DNA of 64,000 bases from Squalus acanthias (taxonomy: Eukaryota): positions 930,001 to 994,000 of the forward strand of contig JASTWF010000071.1 in the NCBI GenBank assembly GCA_030390025.1, written 5' to 3'. How positions within the stretch are numbered: the first letter of the stretch is position 1; the number at the start of each line of letters is the position of its first letter. A program made the position numbers and the translations under genes. The notes beneath the pieces were generated by a model. It was given only the letters and a program-made list of their open reading frames with translations. It had not been told where the DNA came from and did not search any database. Positions 12,971-23,502 of this stretch are shown here, in pieces.

Positions 12971-14218
12971 GACCCTCTCGGCAGAATTGACATTGCTCCC
13001 AGGTCGTTAGTGACCTTTTCCCGCAGATGAGGAGAATGGCGCATGTTGGAAAAATATTACTCCCTCCCCCCATTTTCCTGCCATCTTCTCAACCTCCTCT
13101 TTTACAACGGTGGCTACACTTCGAAAGTACTGCATTGGCTGTAAAAGCGCTTTGGGACGTCGAGAGGTCGTGAAGGGCGCTTGAGAAATGGATGTTCTTC
13201 ATTCTTCTCTCCTGAAGCTGCTGACTCCTGCTTGGGGGTGGGGGGGGGGGGGAAACAGTTTAAGGTTTCCCCCCACCTCGGATGTTAAGCAGCCAATGCC
13301 CAGTTTCTCACGGCCCCAATTTTAAATGGGGGAAGGGGGTGGGGGGGAACGGGTAAGGTGCGCACTAGCCCCGAAGCGGGCGGAGAACCGGGAATGAGGA
13401 GGCCCGCACAAACCCCGCCACGTCCAACACCTGTCTGACGGGCGGGAAGTTGGCGGCAGGCCGCAACTGGGGCCCTGTGGGAAATTCTCCGACTCTTTTA
13501 TCAGTCTAGCTGCAAGCTATGTGATCAATCTACTCCACGCAATCTCCTCGCTATGAATTTGTGCAGTGTGCAAGCTCATCGTAATTATACTTAAGTTTGT
13601 CCGAAAGTCAGGCAAGACATCCCCAGCTTTCAGTTGCTCATTTTCACGGGTCACAGTATTGGAACCCTGCCCAAGCACCTGCTCAGAGTTTGTTGGGTCA
13701 ACTGTTCATCGCGGTCAGTCAGAATCAGATCAAAACTTTGTGCTCACAGATGACATTGCCTCAGTGCGAGCTTCAACTAGGGGCCCAGATACAGGGCAGC
13801 CCAGGAAATTCAGGAACAACCAGGACATTAGCAGGTCACATGTAGAAGAGTAGCTAAAGGAGGGAACGCAGAGGTACCATTTCAGGCGATAATTAGTATA
13901 TTCTTAAACACTTATTCTGATTTAAAAGTAAGTAGCCATGATTTCTTGCACGAAAATAAATCATGATGGAATAGTTACCGGGTCCCCCTTAAGAGGAAGC
14001 AAAGCCAAGCTGAAATTAGAGAAATGTCACAGACTGTAACCCCGGATATTTTCACTGTCAGCTCCAAGGTTTCATCAGTGTTAAAGAGGTGAATGCCAGG
14101 TGATTTTACCAAACAAAATTAAGACAGAATAAATCTCAACATCGACTATTATGTAGGTTTTGAGTTCATTTAATTAATTATTCTATTTTTTATATACTGT
14201 GTTTATGATACATATATA

Positions 14219-14640
14219 GTGTCAGCTGTGGCTCAGTTGGTAGCACCCTAACTCGGAGTCAGAAAGTTGTGGCTGATACTGAGGGAGTGCTGCACTGTTG
14301 GAGGTGCTGACTTTCGGATGAGACATTAAACCGAGGCCCCGTCTGCGCTCTCAGGTGGATGTAAAAAGATCTCACGGCACTATTTCTAAGAAGAGCAGGG
14401 GGAAGTTATCCCCGCCCGGTATCCTGGCCAATATTTATCCCTCAACCAACATCGCTAAAAAAAAATTATCTGGTACATGATCACATTGCTGTTTGTGGGA
14501 GCTTGCTGTGCGCAAATTGGCTGCTGTATTTTCTACATTATAACAATGGCTACACTTCAAAAAGTACTTCAATGGCTGTAAAGCACGTGGGACTTCCTGA
14601 GGTCATGAAAGGCGCTATATAAATGTAGGTCTTTCTTTAT
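14219..14640 (+). mobile_element. tRNA-derived Deu-domain SINE (SacSINE1-like)
   Basis: tRNA-like head TGGCTCAGTTGGTAGCAC, Deu core GGATGAGACATTAAACCGAGGCCCCGTCTGC...GGCACTATTT...AAGAGCAGGGG, and tail ...GAAAGGCGCTATATAAATG. Confidence 0.85.
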
Positions 14641-16004
14641 ATATTAAAAAGTCTAGTGCATATCACTTAGGGCAACATAACATCAAAAATATAGGAAGCC
14701 CCGCTCTTTATGCTGGTTCCTTCTATCATGGAGCCAGGAATTTTCAATGACAATCTGGAAGTTTCTCTTACTGATAGCAATGAATCTTAGGACGTGCCTA
14801 CTTACAACAATTGCAATTTGTGTCTTCAGACAAACAGGCCACTTAAACACTGCTCCACCTCAGAAGCAGGATAATATGAGGTATAATTTCTCACATTACA
14901 ACAGTGACTCTACTTCAAAGTACTTCATTGGCTGTAAAGCGCTTTGAGGCGTCCGGTGGTTGTGAAAGGCGCTATAGAAATGCAAGTCTTTCTTTTTCTT
15001 TTTATAACACTCTCGTCATTATAAGAACAGCATATCCTCCGTTTACTATAAGCAATTTGTGTTTAATTATATTTACACCTTTTCCCGACATCTTAACTGT
15101 ACTTAAATCAAGACTCATCGCATCATCTCCGACACGAACGCATTCAGTCCCAGCACCTCTCCTCATTTTGCACAATCCTCCCTGCCTTCCGCAATCCATG
15201 GGCTTTTAAAACCCAGGCTTCGAATCACAGAAACAATCCTTCTCCATTACCTTTGTCTTCTTCCCTAAAACTTTTGAACCTCGACCCTTCACCTCACCTG
15301 ACTTTCTTTCTTTTACCACCTGGATCACTGATGTGTCAAGTAAGCAGCGTTCGACACATTGCTTTTGATCACTAGACAATGTTGCAGTCAGCCAGTGAAA
15401 GATGCTCATTAACTCTAAAGAGGGCATGAGCTTGTGTAGGAAGTTAGAGCAGGTTGAAAGCAGCTCTCAAGTGGGGTTAGATTACTGCTGGGCCATTTTT
15501 TGTGCGTGGAAGGGGAGGAAGAACATTAATCCAAATTTAATCAACCAGCGGGGCAGGCAACTCAAAAAACGCTTTGTTCAAAATTAAACACCACGTTTCA
15601 AATGCAGCAGCACTTCTGAAAAATAGGGAGGTGAAACCCTGAAACTGTTTGCGCAAATTTGTGTTATTTAACAAAAATGGCTGGAATGCTTCAAAAGGGA
15701 GAGAAATTGTCACTTAAATTCAACAGCCACTTGTCTTAAAGGGGAGATGCACATATTTGAATCACCAAATTGTCATTAGTATAGAGATAAACGAATGATT
15801 TACATTTATAAACCGCCTGATCATGCCTCAGAATCATCTTCAAGCACTTCACATATATTGAATTACGAGGAACTACAGTGATTTATATAGCCTAATGCAG
15901 TAGTCATTTTGGTCACAGCAAGAATGATCCCACAAATAATGACAGACCAGTTAATCTGGGTTTTTTTTGGTGGTGTCGATTTAGGGAGAATGTTGGTCAG
16001 GATA

Positions 16005-16245
16005 CCAACTGCACAGTTCTGGTCTTGAAAAAATATTTACAAGGATGATACCAGATCGGAGAGGTGATACCTATCAAGGAAGATTGAACAGGCTGGGGCT
16101 CTTTTCTCCAGAAGAGAGAAGGCGGAGGGGTGACCCGATAGAGGTCTTCAAGATTATGAAAGGGTTCGACAGGGTTGACGTGGAGATGTTTCCACTTGTG
16201 GGGGAGACCAAAACTAGGGCCATAAATATAAAATAGTCACTAATA
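16005..16245 (+). mobile_element. CR1 LINE ORF2 3' fragment (left half; continues at 18089)
   Basis: ORF 16045-16236 reads RLNRLGLFSPEERRRRGDPIEVFKIMKGFDRVD. It breaks at GTCACTAATA and resumes as ACTAATAAATCCAATAGGGAATTC at 18089. Confidence 0.85.
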
Positions 16246-17545
16246 GAAACATAGAAGATAGGAGCAGGAGTAGGCCATTCGGCCCCTCGAGCCTGCTCCG
16301 CCATTCAATGAGATCATAGCTGATCATCCAAATTCATTACCCTGTCCCTGCTTTCTCCCCATATCCCTTGATCCCTTGCGCCTTAAGAAATATATCTAAC
16401 TCCTTCTTGAATATATTTAATGAATTGGCCTCAACTGCCTTCTGTGGTAGAGAATTCCACAGGTTCACCACTCTCTGGGTGAAGAAATTCCTCCTCATCG
16501 CTGTCCTAAATGGCTTACCCCTTATCCTTAGACTGTGACCCCTGGTTCTGGACTCCCCCGCCATTAGGAACATCCTTCCTGCTTCTAGTCTGTCTAGTCC
16601 AGTTAGAATTTTATAAGTTTCAATGAGATCCCCTCTCATTCTTCTCAACTCCATCGAGTATAAGCCCAATTGCCCCAATCTCTCTTCATAAGTCATTCCT
16701 GCCATCCCAGGTATCAGTCTGGTGAATCTTCGCTGCACTCCCTCCATGGCAAGAACATCCTTCCTCAGATAAGGTGACCAAAACTGCACACAATACTCAA
16801 GGTGTGGTCTCACCAAGGCCCTGTACAACTGCAGCAAGACATCCTTGCTCCTGTACTCGAATCCTCTCGCTATGAAGGCCAACATACCCTTTGCCTTTTT
16901 AACCACCTGCTGCACCTGCATGCTTACCTTCAACGACTGGTGCACAAGGACTCCCAGCACTTTCCCTTTTCACAATCTATTGCCATGCAGATAATAATCT
17001 GCCTTCCTGTTTTTGCCACCAAAGTGGATAACCTCGCATTTATCCACATTATACTGCATCTGCTATGCATCTGCCCAATCACCCAACTTGTCCAAATCAT
17101 ACTGGATTTTCTCTGCATCCTCCTCACAACACACACGCCCACCCAGCTTTGTGTCGTCTGCAAACTTGGAGATATTACATCTAGTTCCCTCGTCTAGATC
17201 ATTAATATATATTGTGAATAACTGGGGTCCTAGCACCGATCCCTGCCGTACCCCACTAGTCACTGCCTGCCACTCAGAAAAAGACCCGTTTATTCCAACT
17301 CTTTGCTTCCTGTCTGCCAACCAGTTCTCTATCCAAGTCAGTACCTTACCCCCAATCCCATGTGTTTTAACTTTGCACGCTAATCTCTTATGCGGGACCT
17401 TATCGAAAGCCTTCTGAAAGTCCAAATACAGCACATCCACTGGTTCTCCCTTATCTATTCTACCAGTTACATCCTCAAAAAACTCCAGATTAGTCAAGCA
17501 TGATTTACCTTTTGTAAATCCATGTTGACTTTGTCCGATCCTGTC
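16246..17545 (-). mobile_element. 5'-truncated, relatively young CR1 LINE (RT domain plus C-terminus, few frameshifts)
   Basis: ORF 17063-17587 has QHGFTKGKSCLTNL...YLDFQKAFDKVPH...QGSVLGPQLF...KFADDTK. ORF 16337-16960 has LYRALVRPHLEYCVQFWSP. Flanked by the 10-bp duplication GTCACTAATA (16236-16245, 17543-17552). Confidence 0.95.
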
Positions 17546-17557
17546 ACTAATAAATCC

Positions 17558-18088
17558 GAAGTCGCACAACACCAGGTTATAGTACAACAGTTTTATTTGA
17601 AATCACAAGCTTTCGGAGCGCTGCTCCTTCGTCAGGTAAAGTGAAGGAATACAAATCAGCAAAGCATATATAGAGAGAACAATGTGTAGCGTACAATGTC
17701 AGACGACTACAGTAAATCTTTCTGACTGCCCTCCATCACTCCTCGGCAGAGATACAATCAGGTCAGTCAGGAAGGCATTACATCAAAGACACAGCAGAAT
17801 ACAGCTAAGACAATGAGGTGGGGTCACAGGGGGTCCAACGTGTCAAATGCTGCAGTCTGTATGGTTAAGCTTTTTACTTTTTAAAAAAAAACTGGAAATC
17901 ACATCTGTGAACAAGCCAACGACGACTCGAGTCTGGATGACTCTACGTCATGTAGCGTGACATGAAACCAAGATCCCGGTTGAGGCCATCCTCATGAGTG
18001 CGGAACTTGGCTATCAGTTTCTGCTCGATGATTTTGCGTTGTCGTGTGTCTCGCAGCCCGCCTTGGAGAATGGCATCTCCGCATCATG
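17558..18088 (-). mobile_element. Truncated Penelope-like retroelement (GIY-YIG C-terminal remnant plus terminal repeat with hammerhead ribozyme)
   Basis: Minus strand 18071-17943 encodes ILQGGLRDTRQRKIIEQKLIAKFRTHEDGLNRDLGFMSRYMT*, an E..I...T...GLN motif like the GIY-YIG end of Penelope-like elements. Hammerhead core at 17603-17639. 12-bp duplication ACTAATAAATCC at 17546-17557 and 18089-18100. Confidence 0.8.
17603..17639 (-). ncRNA. Minimal hammerhead ribozyme motif
   Basis: Minus strand reads UUAC CUGACGA A GGAGC AGC GCUCC GAAA GC UU GUGA: conserved core, 5-bp stem II, palindromic AAGCUU stem III and stem I UUAC/GUGA. Confidence 0.75.
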
Positions 18089-18330
18089 ACTAATAAATCC
18101 AATAGGGAATTCAGAAGAAACCACTTTATCCAGAGAATGTGGAACTCACTACCACAAGGAGTTCAGGTAAATATTATAGATGCATTTAAGGGGAAGCTAA
18201 ATATACACGAGGGAGAAAGGAAGATGCTGATGGGGTTAGATGAAGAGGGTGGGGAGGAGGCTCACGTGGAACATAAACACCGGCATGGACTAATTGGGCC
18301 GAATGGCCTGTTTCTGTGCTGTATATTGTA
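18089..18330 (+). mobile_element. CR1 LINE 3' end (right half of the element starting at ~16005)
   Basis: NKSNREFRRNHFIQRMWNSLPQ...IIDAFKGKL, then tail GGGCCGAATGGCCTGTTTCTGTGCTGTA. Confidence 0.85.
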
Positions 18331-18875
18331 CGTGATACCGAGCGAACTCGCTGATCTTGAAATAGTGCTGCACATCCACCAGAAGAGGCAGGTGGGCTTT
18401 CACTTTAATCGCCACTTTCAGATTTTTTTTCTAGCATTAATTCATTATAACGTATATCCATCATATGTGGGTCAGAAGGCCTCTTTGAAGGGAAGAAAAT
18501 GGAAGGACAAAAAACAATAACTCTCAGGACATATGCAAACCCATTCCTGTAACCCACAAGTGTACATGAGCTTTACATAGCACCCACTCCTGCAAACATT
18601 GTATCCAAAGAACAGTTACTCCCTCAGGTCTACACTGCAATGTTGGCCAAGACTATTGGCTCAAGTCTTAGAGAGGGGCTTGAACCCACAACCTTCTGAC
18701 TCAGAGCAATGAGTCCTACCAACTGTTATCCAGCTGTTAGTGAATAATTCGGACAAAGGGTCTCCACCTGAAATACCAACTCATTTTGCGCTTTCATTTT
18801 TTAAATATATTTCCAGCATTTTGTGTTTCTATTTCAGATTTGTGACATTCCTAAGCTTTCTCTAATCGCCTCTAC

Positions 18876-19574
18876 CAGGGGTTGCCAACTCTGGCTGAAT
18901 ATATTCCTGGAGGTTTCATCGTATAACATCCTGCCCCCAACTGCCCTGCCCCCACACGCCCATCATTAGTCACCCAGCACATACATTCTTGTTGTGCCCA
19001 GCCTTCCCATGGCCAATTGAAAAGCAAAGGCCCTTCAATCCCCAATTGGCTGATTCCGTCAGTCCAACAGCCTTCTTCCCCATCGCCAATATTTTTATAA
19101 CTATTAAACAGACCTGTTCAAAGAAAATAAATAACACATTTTTCTTTAAAGCGCCTCGGAGTCAGAAGGTTGTGGGTTCGAGTCCCATTCCTGAGACTTG
19201 AGCACAAAATCTAGGCTGACACTCCAGTGCAGTGCTGAGGGAGCGCTGCACTGTCAGAGGTGCTGTCTTTCGGCTGAGTCGTTAAACCGAGGCCCCGTCT
19301 GCCCTCTCGGGTGGATGTAAAAGATCCCACGGCACTATTTCAAAGAAGAGCAGGGGAATTATCCCTGGTGCCCTGGTCAATATTTATCCCTCAATCAATA
19401 TCGCAAAAAAAAAATGACCTGGTCGTCATCACATTGCTGTTTTGTGGGAGCTTGCAATATAAATGTAAGTTTTCTTTTTACTATTTTTCTCCCGAGATGC
19501 TCGCAGCAACATCCAGGAGATTAATCTTCAGCTCCTGGAGACTCCAGGCCAATCATGGAGGGATGGCAACCCTA
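18876..19574. mobile_element. hAT-type MITE interrupted by a Deu-SINE (~19153-19480)
   Basis: TIRs CAGGGGTTGCCA...TGGCAACCCTA with 8-bp TSD GCCTCTAC (18868-18875) / GCCTCCAC (19575-19582). Internal Deu core AAACCGAGGCCCCGTCTGCCCTCTC. Confidence 0.75.
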
Positions 19575-20064
19575 GCCTCCACTGGGTGAGAGAATCAGTG
19601 CAAACAGATACTCGGTACATAAGAATGCCCAGATCCACTCTATGACAAAACCAGTGACCCCCAGCAGTTTGTTGCAGGAGCTTCAAGGTTCTACAGATGT
19701 CGAGTAGGAACAATGATGGAATAATAGCAGTGGGGGGGGGCGCGGCGCTCAGGAAACGGTTGAACTGGCTTTGTGTTGCCTCCCAGAAGAGACTCTGCTC
19801 AAGAATCCTCCCCCAGCAAGTAGACAGCTTGCTGTTCTACACAATGAAAAAGTCTACCTCACAGTACTGACACCAGCTAATCATGCAGAGGCAGCTGCAA
19901 TGGAAAATAGAGCTGAAGTGGGGGGAAATAATGGCCTCACTTCAATTAGAAAATTCCTTTCAATTCGGATGCGTTTCTGGAATATGGGGAGGGAAGGGGC
20001 AGAGTAACAACAGGCCGGCTGGCAAATACATGACATTCCTACCCAAAGTGAGATAACAACAATT

Positions 20065-20840
20065 TGCATTTATATAACACCAGTAATGTAGAATAACGTT
20101 CTGAGGCGCTCTACAGAGGCATATTCCGACAAAGTGGACACCCAGCAAAAGGAGATATTAGAAGGGGTGATTAATAGCTTGGTCAAAGAGGTGGGTTTTA
20201 AGGAGGGTGTTAGAGGTGAGGGAGGTGGAGATGTGGAGGGAATTCCAGAGCGTAAGACCAAGATTTCTGAAGGCACGGCTGCCAATGTTGGGGTGAAGGG
20301 GGATGGCACAAGAGACCAGCATCAGAGGAACGCAAAGTTCAGAAATAGGGAATGGGAGAAGCCATTAAGGGATTTAAACACAAGGACAAGAATGTTAAAT
20401 TAGGAGCCAACTTTGGCCAGCGAGACGATGGCAGCAGGCGAGTAGGACTCGACAGGATACGGCCAACGGCTTTGGATAAGCTGGTTTGTGAAGGGTGGAA
20501 GGTGGGAGGCCAGCCAGCAGAGTATTGGAATAGTCAAGTCTGGAAGTGGCAAAGGCATGGATGAGAGTTGGAGCAGTAGATGGGCTGAAGCCGGGGGCAG
20601 GTGGACAGATGATGTTACGGAGGTTGAAGTATGCAGTCTTGGTGATGGAGAAGATAGTGGGAGCTCAGCTCGGCACCAAATAGGAGAGTGAGGTTGTTTC
20701 AACCCAAGGCAATGACTGAGGAGGGGGATGGAATCGGCGGTGAGGGTAGGGAGATTGTGGCGGGGGCCGAAGATGATAACCTTAAACTTTCCTAATGTTT
20801 TAACTCGAGGAAATTGTGGCTCACCCAAGACTGGATGATG
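20065..20840 (-). mobile_element. Decayed L2 LINE 3' fragment
   Basis: CAACAATTTGCATTTATATAACACC tail and AGCTTGGTCAAAGAGGTGGGTTTTAAGGAG match the reverse complement of the L2 at 46590-47440. Confidence 0.75.
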
Positions 20841-22122
20841 ACATGGTCAAAGGGGCAGGAGGTAGATGAGGAACTTGCAAGGAAACAGGAAAACTACCAA
20901 GAACCATCTACAGCAACACTGAAAATTTTCAGTCTTATTAGTGAAGGGGAAAAAGAACACCAGCTTATAATGCAAAAGTAAAAAGTTAAGATATTGAACC
21001 TTAGAAACAAGTCACGGATATGCGTATTATTGAATGTTTAGGCTAATGTGAAAGCAACTAATGCAACCTGAATTTTTTTTTTTTTAAAGCCATGCAGATC
21101 ACAAGGTCCCAGGTTTGATCCCCAGTCTATGTTGAGTTAACAGACCTCAATTGGGCAGTGCAACCGGCTTCAGCACCGTGGGCTGGTGAGAAGGAAGAGG
21201 TTGGGGAAACAGAACTAAGGTTGCTGATTCGGATCGCTGTCTGGTGATCCCCTGCTGGACAGTGCGGGTGCGCGCACGTCCAATGAGGAAAGGACCATCC
21301 GCAGGTGATAGCTTCCGTGGTAATAGCCTGTTGACACTCACACAGAGAATGGCCACGTGGCTGAGGTACCAGAGAGTTTGGTGGGGGGGGGGGGGGTGGG
21401 GTGTGAGGAGTGGTACCCACCATCTCAGCACTTTCAGGAAAGGAGGGGAAAAAATACCATCTCAATTTATTTCACAGCTCTCAGTGGACATTTTTTGGTG
21501 ATTGTTTATTACAAAACACATGCAAACCTATTCTGCTAATGGCACATCCTGTGTTACATGCAAACCTACATTGTACTAATTTTGGTTCTCTTACAAACAC
21601 TCTGCTAATGGCACATCCTGTGTTCGCAGAAGGACATCAAGTACCCGAGTACCCATGGTAACTCGATTGTTTTCTCTACTACGGATGGCCCCATGGGATA
21701 ACTAACATTGACGCAATGGCAAAAATGAGTAGTTTTCTAGAGAGCGAGATGGTGTTAAAATCCCCTTAGCAACAGCTGCAATCATTGCCAATTTACAACT
21801 TACACCTTGGGAAACCTCAGCAGAGAAAATTATTAATAGTTTCTAGCCCCCAAAAACCTGGGAAGGGAATGGTTAGCAACAGCGGTGCAAATGATTTAAG
21901 GCTAAGGTGAAGCCGAGGGTTAAATCTCCAGGAAGCAAAGATGGGAATACCAGAGTAGCAATCGCCATTACAGAGCATCGCAATCAACCCCAACTCCTCG
22001 TCTTTGTGGTAACTTTGGTGTCTCTAAGAAAGGTATACAGAAATCTCCAATTATGGTGCAGACAGACTGTCAAGAAGGTGCAGTGCAGATTCACCAGAAT
22101 GATACCTGGGCTAAATTATGAG

Positions 22123-22496
22123 AGGTCGCACAACACCAGGTTATAGTCCAACAGTTTTATTTGAAATCACAAGCTTTCGGAGCTATCGATTTGCTCCTTC
22201 CTCAGGTGAAGTAAATTAGATACAGAATCTCCAAAGCATATATAGATGGAAAACAAAGAATGTGTACTTTACAATTGCAGACCAATAAATTAAATCATCC
22301 TGACTATCTGCCGAGGTGTGATAAAGCTAATGCTTTGGAGATTCTGTATCTAATTTACTTCACCTGAGGAAGGAGCAAATCGATAGCTCCGAAAGCTTGT
22401 GATTTCAAATAAAACTGTTGGACTATAACCTGGTGTTGTGCGACCTCTCAATTTTGTCCACCCCAGTCCAACACCGGCATCTCCGCATCATGACCA
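22123..22496. mobile_element. Penelope-like terminal-repeat insertion forming a perfect 121-bp inverted repeat
   Basis: Arms 22119-22239 and 22330-22450 are exact reverse complements and belong to the same family as 17558-17640. 12-bp duplication CTAAATTATGAG at 22111-22122 and 22497-22508. Confidence 0.85.
22360..22402 (+). ncRNA. Minimal hammerhead ribozyme motif (mirror copy on - strand at 22167-22209)
   Basis: UCAC CUGAGGA A GGAGC AAAUCGAUA GCUCC GAAA GC UU GUGA. Confidence 0.75.
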
Positions 22497-23138
22497 CTAA
22501 ATTATGAGGACAGGTTGCAGAAACTAGGTTTGAAGATTGAGGTGTTTATGATGATTAAAGGATTCAATAGGGTAGATAGAAACTATTTCTTCTCGTGGGA
22601 AGAAATTAGGACAAGGCAGCATCATAAAATTAGAGTCAGGCCATTCAGGGGTGATGTCAGGAATCTCAAAGAGTGGTGGAAACTTGGAACTCTTCCCCCA
22701 AATAGCTGTTGAGGCTAGATCAATTGGAAATTTCAAAATTGAGTGATTGATTATTGTTAGGTAAGGGTATTGAGGGTTACAGAGCTAAAGCAGGTAAATT
22801 GAGTTAAGATACAGATCAGCTGTGATCTAATTGAATGGCGGAACAGGCTCGAGGGGCTGAACGGCCTCCTCCTGTTCCTATGTTCTAAGTACCCTCTATG
22901 TTCTAATGCTATAATGTTGAATATGCACAGCAGTTTTTTTTTTTATAAACACAGCAACCAATATTTTCCTGATCCCAGCCATGCAAAACCACTTCATGAA
23001 GCGCCTCCGATTCCTTCTGCAACAGAAACTGCCCATTTACATTGGACATTAGAATAGAAAAGCTACACGCAAATAGGTTGCCGCTCGCAGTTTTGAAGCT
23101 GCAATTTGCAAATTTATTGCCGGTTGTCATGCCTTTCT

Positions 23139-23493
23139 CAGTGCTGTCCAATACCGTAGCCACTAGCCATGTGTGGCTATAATTGGGAATCCAGATGTGG
23201 CTAATGGCATTTCCAATTTGAAAATAAAATCCTTAGGCATGTGATCTCAATACTCGTTCGTATGCATGTGTTTGTGTGTACTTCAACCTTTGTAAAAAGG
23301 AGACCCCTAAAGCAGTGTACGAGTGCTCTTTCATTGTTATGAGTGCTTTAATTCCTTGGTTACTGAATGGTGATACATGTTGGTTAAGTAAAGATACACA
23401 TGTATTATCAGCATCGGTATCATTGGCATGTATAGAGTTTTCCACTAAAATTAGTGCATGTGGCTAGTCAGAAATTTCTATTGGACAATACTG
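23139..23493. mobile_element. hAT-Charlie-like non-autonomous DNA transposon (MER3/MER33-like)
   Basis: TIRs CAGTGCTGTCCAATA / TATTGGACAATACTG with subterminal GTAGCCACTAGCCA..TGTGGCTA repeats. No clear TSD remains. Confidence 0.7.
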
Positions 23494-23502
23494 GTATATG
23501 AG

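Larger units (their letters stand above)
22050..22890 (+). mobile_element. CR1 LINE 3' fragment interrupted by a Penelope-like insertion
   Basis: KVQCRFTRMIPGLNYE | insertion | DRLQKLGL...IKGFNRVDR, then tail GGCGGAACAGGCTCGAGGGGCTGAACGGCCTCCTCCTGTTCCTATGTTCT. Confidence 0.8.

Noticed and set aside
16337-17587. RT-encoding ORFs as a host gene or novel RT system
   Set aside because: Standard 5'-truncated CR1 ORF2 with frameshifts, a typical tail and a TSD.
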